From the NCBI GenBank assembly GCA_964291415.2, contig OZ219917.1, forward strand, positions 520,610-584,609: DNA of 64,000 nt, given 5' to 3'. Source of the stretch: Alphaproteobacteria bacterium (GTDB lineage: Bacteria; Pseudomonadota; Alphaproteobacteria; SP197). Position numbers and translations under genes: made by a program. Positions 63,327 through 64,000 of the stretch are shown piece after piece; within the stretch, counting starts at the first letter, position 1; the number at the start of each line of letters is the position of its first letter. The notes beneath the pieces are model-generated. The model was given only the letters and a program-made list of their open reading frames with translations, did not search any database and was not told the DNA's origin.

Positions 63327-64000
63327 GAGAATCGGTCTCGAACTGTCTGGTCTGGGGATTGCGCCGGGCATCGCCATCGGGCCGGCCTACGTCGTCGAGA
63401 GCGGCGCCCTCGAAGTTCCGGTCCACGAGATTGGCGAGGATCAGGTGACTGCGGAAATCGGCCGGTTCCACGATGCCGTGGCCCGCGGACGCGAGCAGCT
63501 GGCCGTGCTCTCGCAAAAGGCCCGAACACTGCACGGAAGCGCCGCCGAGGAACTCGAGTACCTGCTTGTCGCGCACAGCCGCATGCTGGAGGGTTCGCGG
63601 CTGGTCCGGGGTGTCGAGGAGCGGGTCCGTGGCCAGCGCCTCAACGCCGAGGCTGCGGTTTCCCAGGAGGTCGGCGACATCGTCCGGGCGTTCGAGGACA
63701 TGAACGACAGCTATCTCGCCGAACGCAGCAAGGACGTGCGCGACGTCGGCAAGCGCCTGCTGCACAACCTGATGGCCGCTCCATACCGCGCCCTCACCGA
63801 CCTTGCCCCGGGCACGGTTGTCGTGGCTGACGAACTCACGCCCGCCGACACCGCACTCCTCGACCCGCGCCGTGTTGCGGGGTTCGTGACGGCGTCGGGT
63901 GGCGCCCAGGATCACACCGGCATCCTCGCCCGGTCCCTCGGCCTTCCCGCCGTGGTCGCCACCGGAGAACTGCTCGGGAACGTGGCGAGCGGTGATCGCG
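63319..64000 (+). CDS. ptsI: PTS enzyme I, N-terminal 227 codons (runs off the right edge); no GAF domain
   Basis: Hand translation gives MNRRIGLELSGLGIAPGIAIGPAYVVESG ... GFVTASGGAQDHTGILARSLGLPAVVATG, which includes the phospho-His region. The ATG overlaps the HPr 3' end. It is absent from the ORF track because no stop lies within the window. Confidence 0.88.
   Translation, partial: MNRRIGLELSGLGIAPGIAIGPAYVVESGALEVPVHEIGEDQVTAEIGRFHDAVARGREQLAVLSQKARTLHGSAAEELEYLLVAHSRMLEGSRLVRGVEERVRGQRLNAEAAVSQEVGDIVRAFEDMNDSYLAERSKDVRDVGKRLLHNLMAAPYRALTDLAPGTVVVADELTPADTALLDPRRVAGFVTASGGAQDHTGILARSLGLPAVVATGELLGNVASGDR

Overview
GC-rich bacterial chromosome segment. Gene content and synteny look alphaproteobacterial, possibly Rhodospirillales-like: short HprK, EIIA-Man/NPr, gltD before gltB, lptCAB near hpf-ptsN. 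This placement is inference; no database search was possible. I support about 60 protein genes, 2 tRNAs, 3 pseudogenes and 1 IS element.

Layout:
(1) 1-2.4 kb: ispE (partial) and a TPR protein.
(2) 2.4-10.3 kb: a decayed integrase followed by a metal block. It holds a FecCD-type ABC importer, a frameshifted small Cys-motif ORF, a Zur box, zur, a COG0523 GTPase, a WD40 protein, a small ORF and an atypical SDR.
(3) 10.4-15.4 kb: housekeeping genes (ETF-QO, family-4 UDG, lytic transglycosylase, moaB).
(4) 15.4-31.4 kb: accessory-looking block. It holds a ~2.56 kb tandem duplication carrying two orphan PotD-like binding proteins and a PhyH dioxygenase, a solo TnpB element, a third decayed binding-protein copy, and an Lrp-linked cupin/SDR/Dpp-like ABC cluster. 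It ends in 737 bp of non-coding DNA at the 3' end of tRNA-Ser.
(5) 31.4-51.7 kb: long minus-strand housekeeping run. Order is GT4, GT9, thrS, infC, rpmI, rplT, pheS, pheT, lepA, tRNA-Ser, then queG, GST and gltDB.
(6) 52-57 kb: uppP, an NDUFA9-like gene with an internal 39-bp tandem duplication, tRNA-Leu, an RNase D-like exonuclease and lptCAB.
(7) 57-61.3 kb: hipBA plus a TauD-family dioxygenase and an SDR, sitting where rpoN is normally found.
(8) 61.3-64 kb: hpf, ptsN, hprK, EIIA-Man, NPr and ptsI (partial).

I saw no CRISPR array, no rRNA and no multi-gene cassette of wholly unknown proteins. The most interesting signals are the solo TnpB with its candidate omega-RNA, the replacement of rpoN by hipBA/tauD/SDR, the tandem orphan-SBP/PhyH array, and the twin-cupin ABC cluster. 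Start codons were chosen by hand from RBS, overlap and N-terminal logic and may be off by a few codons.
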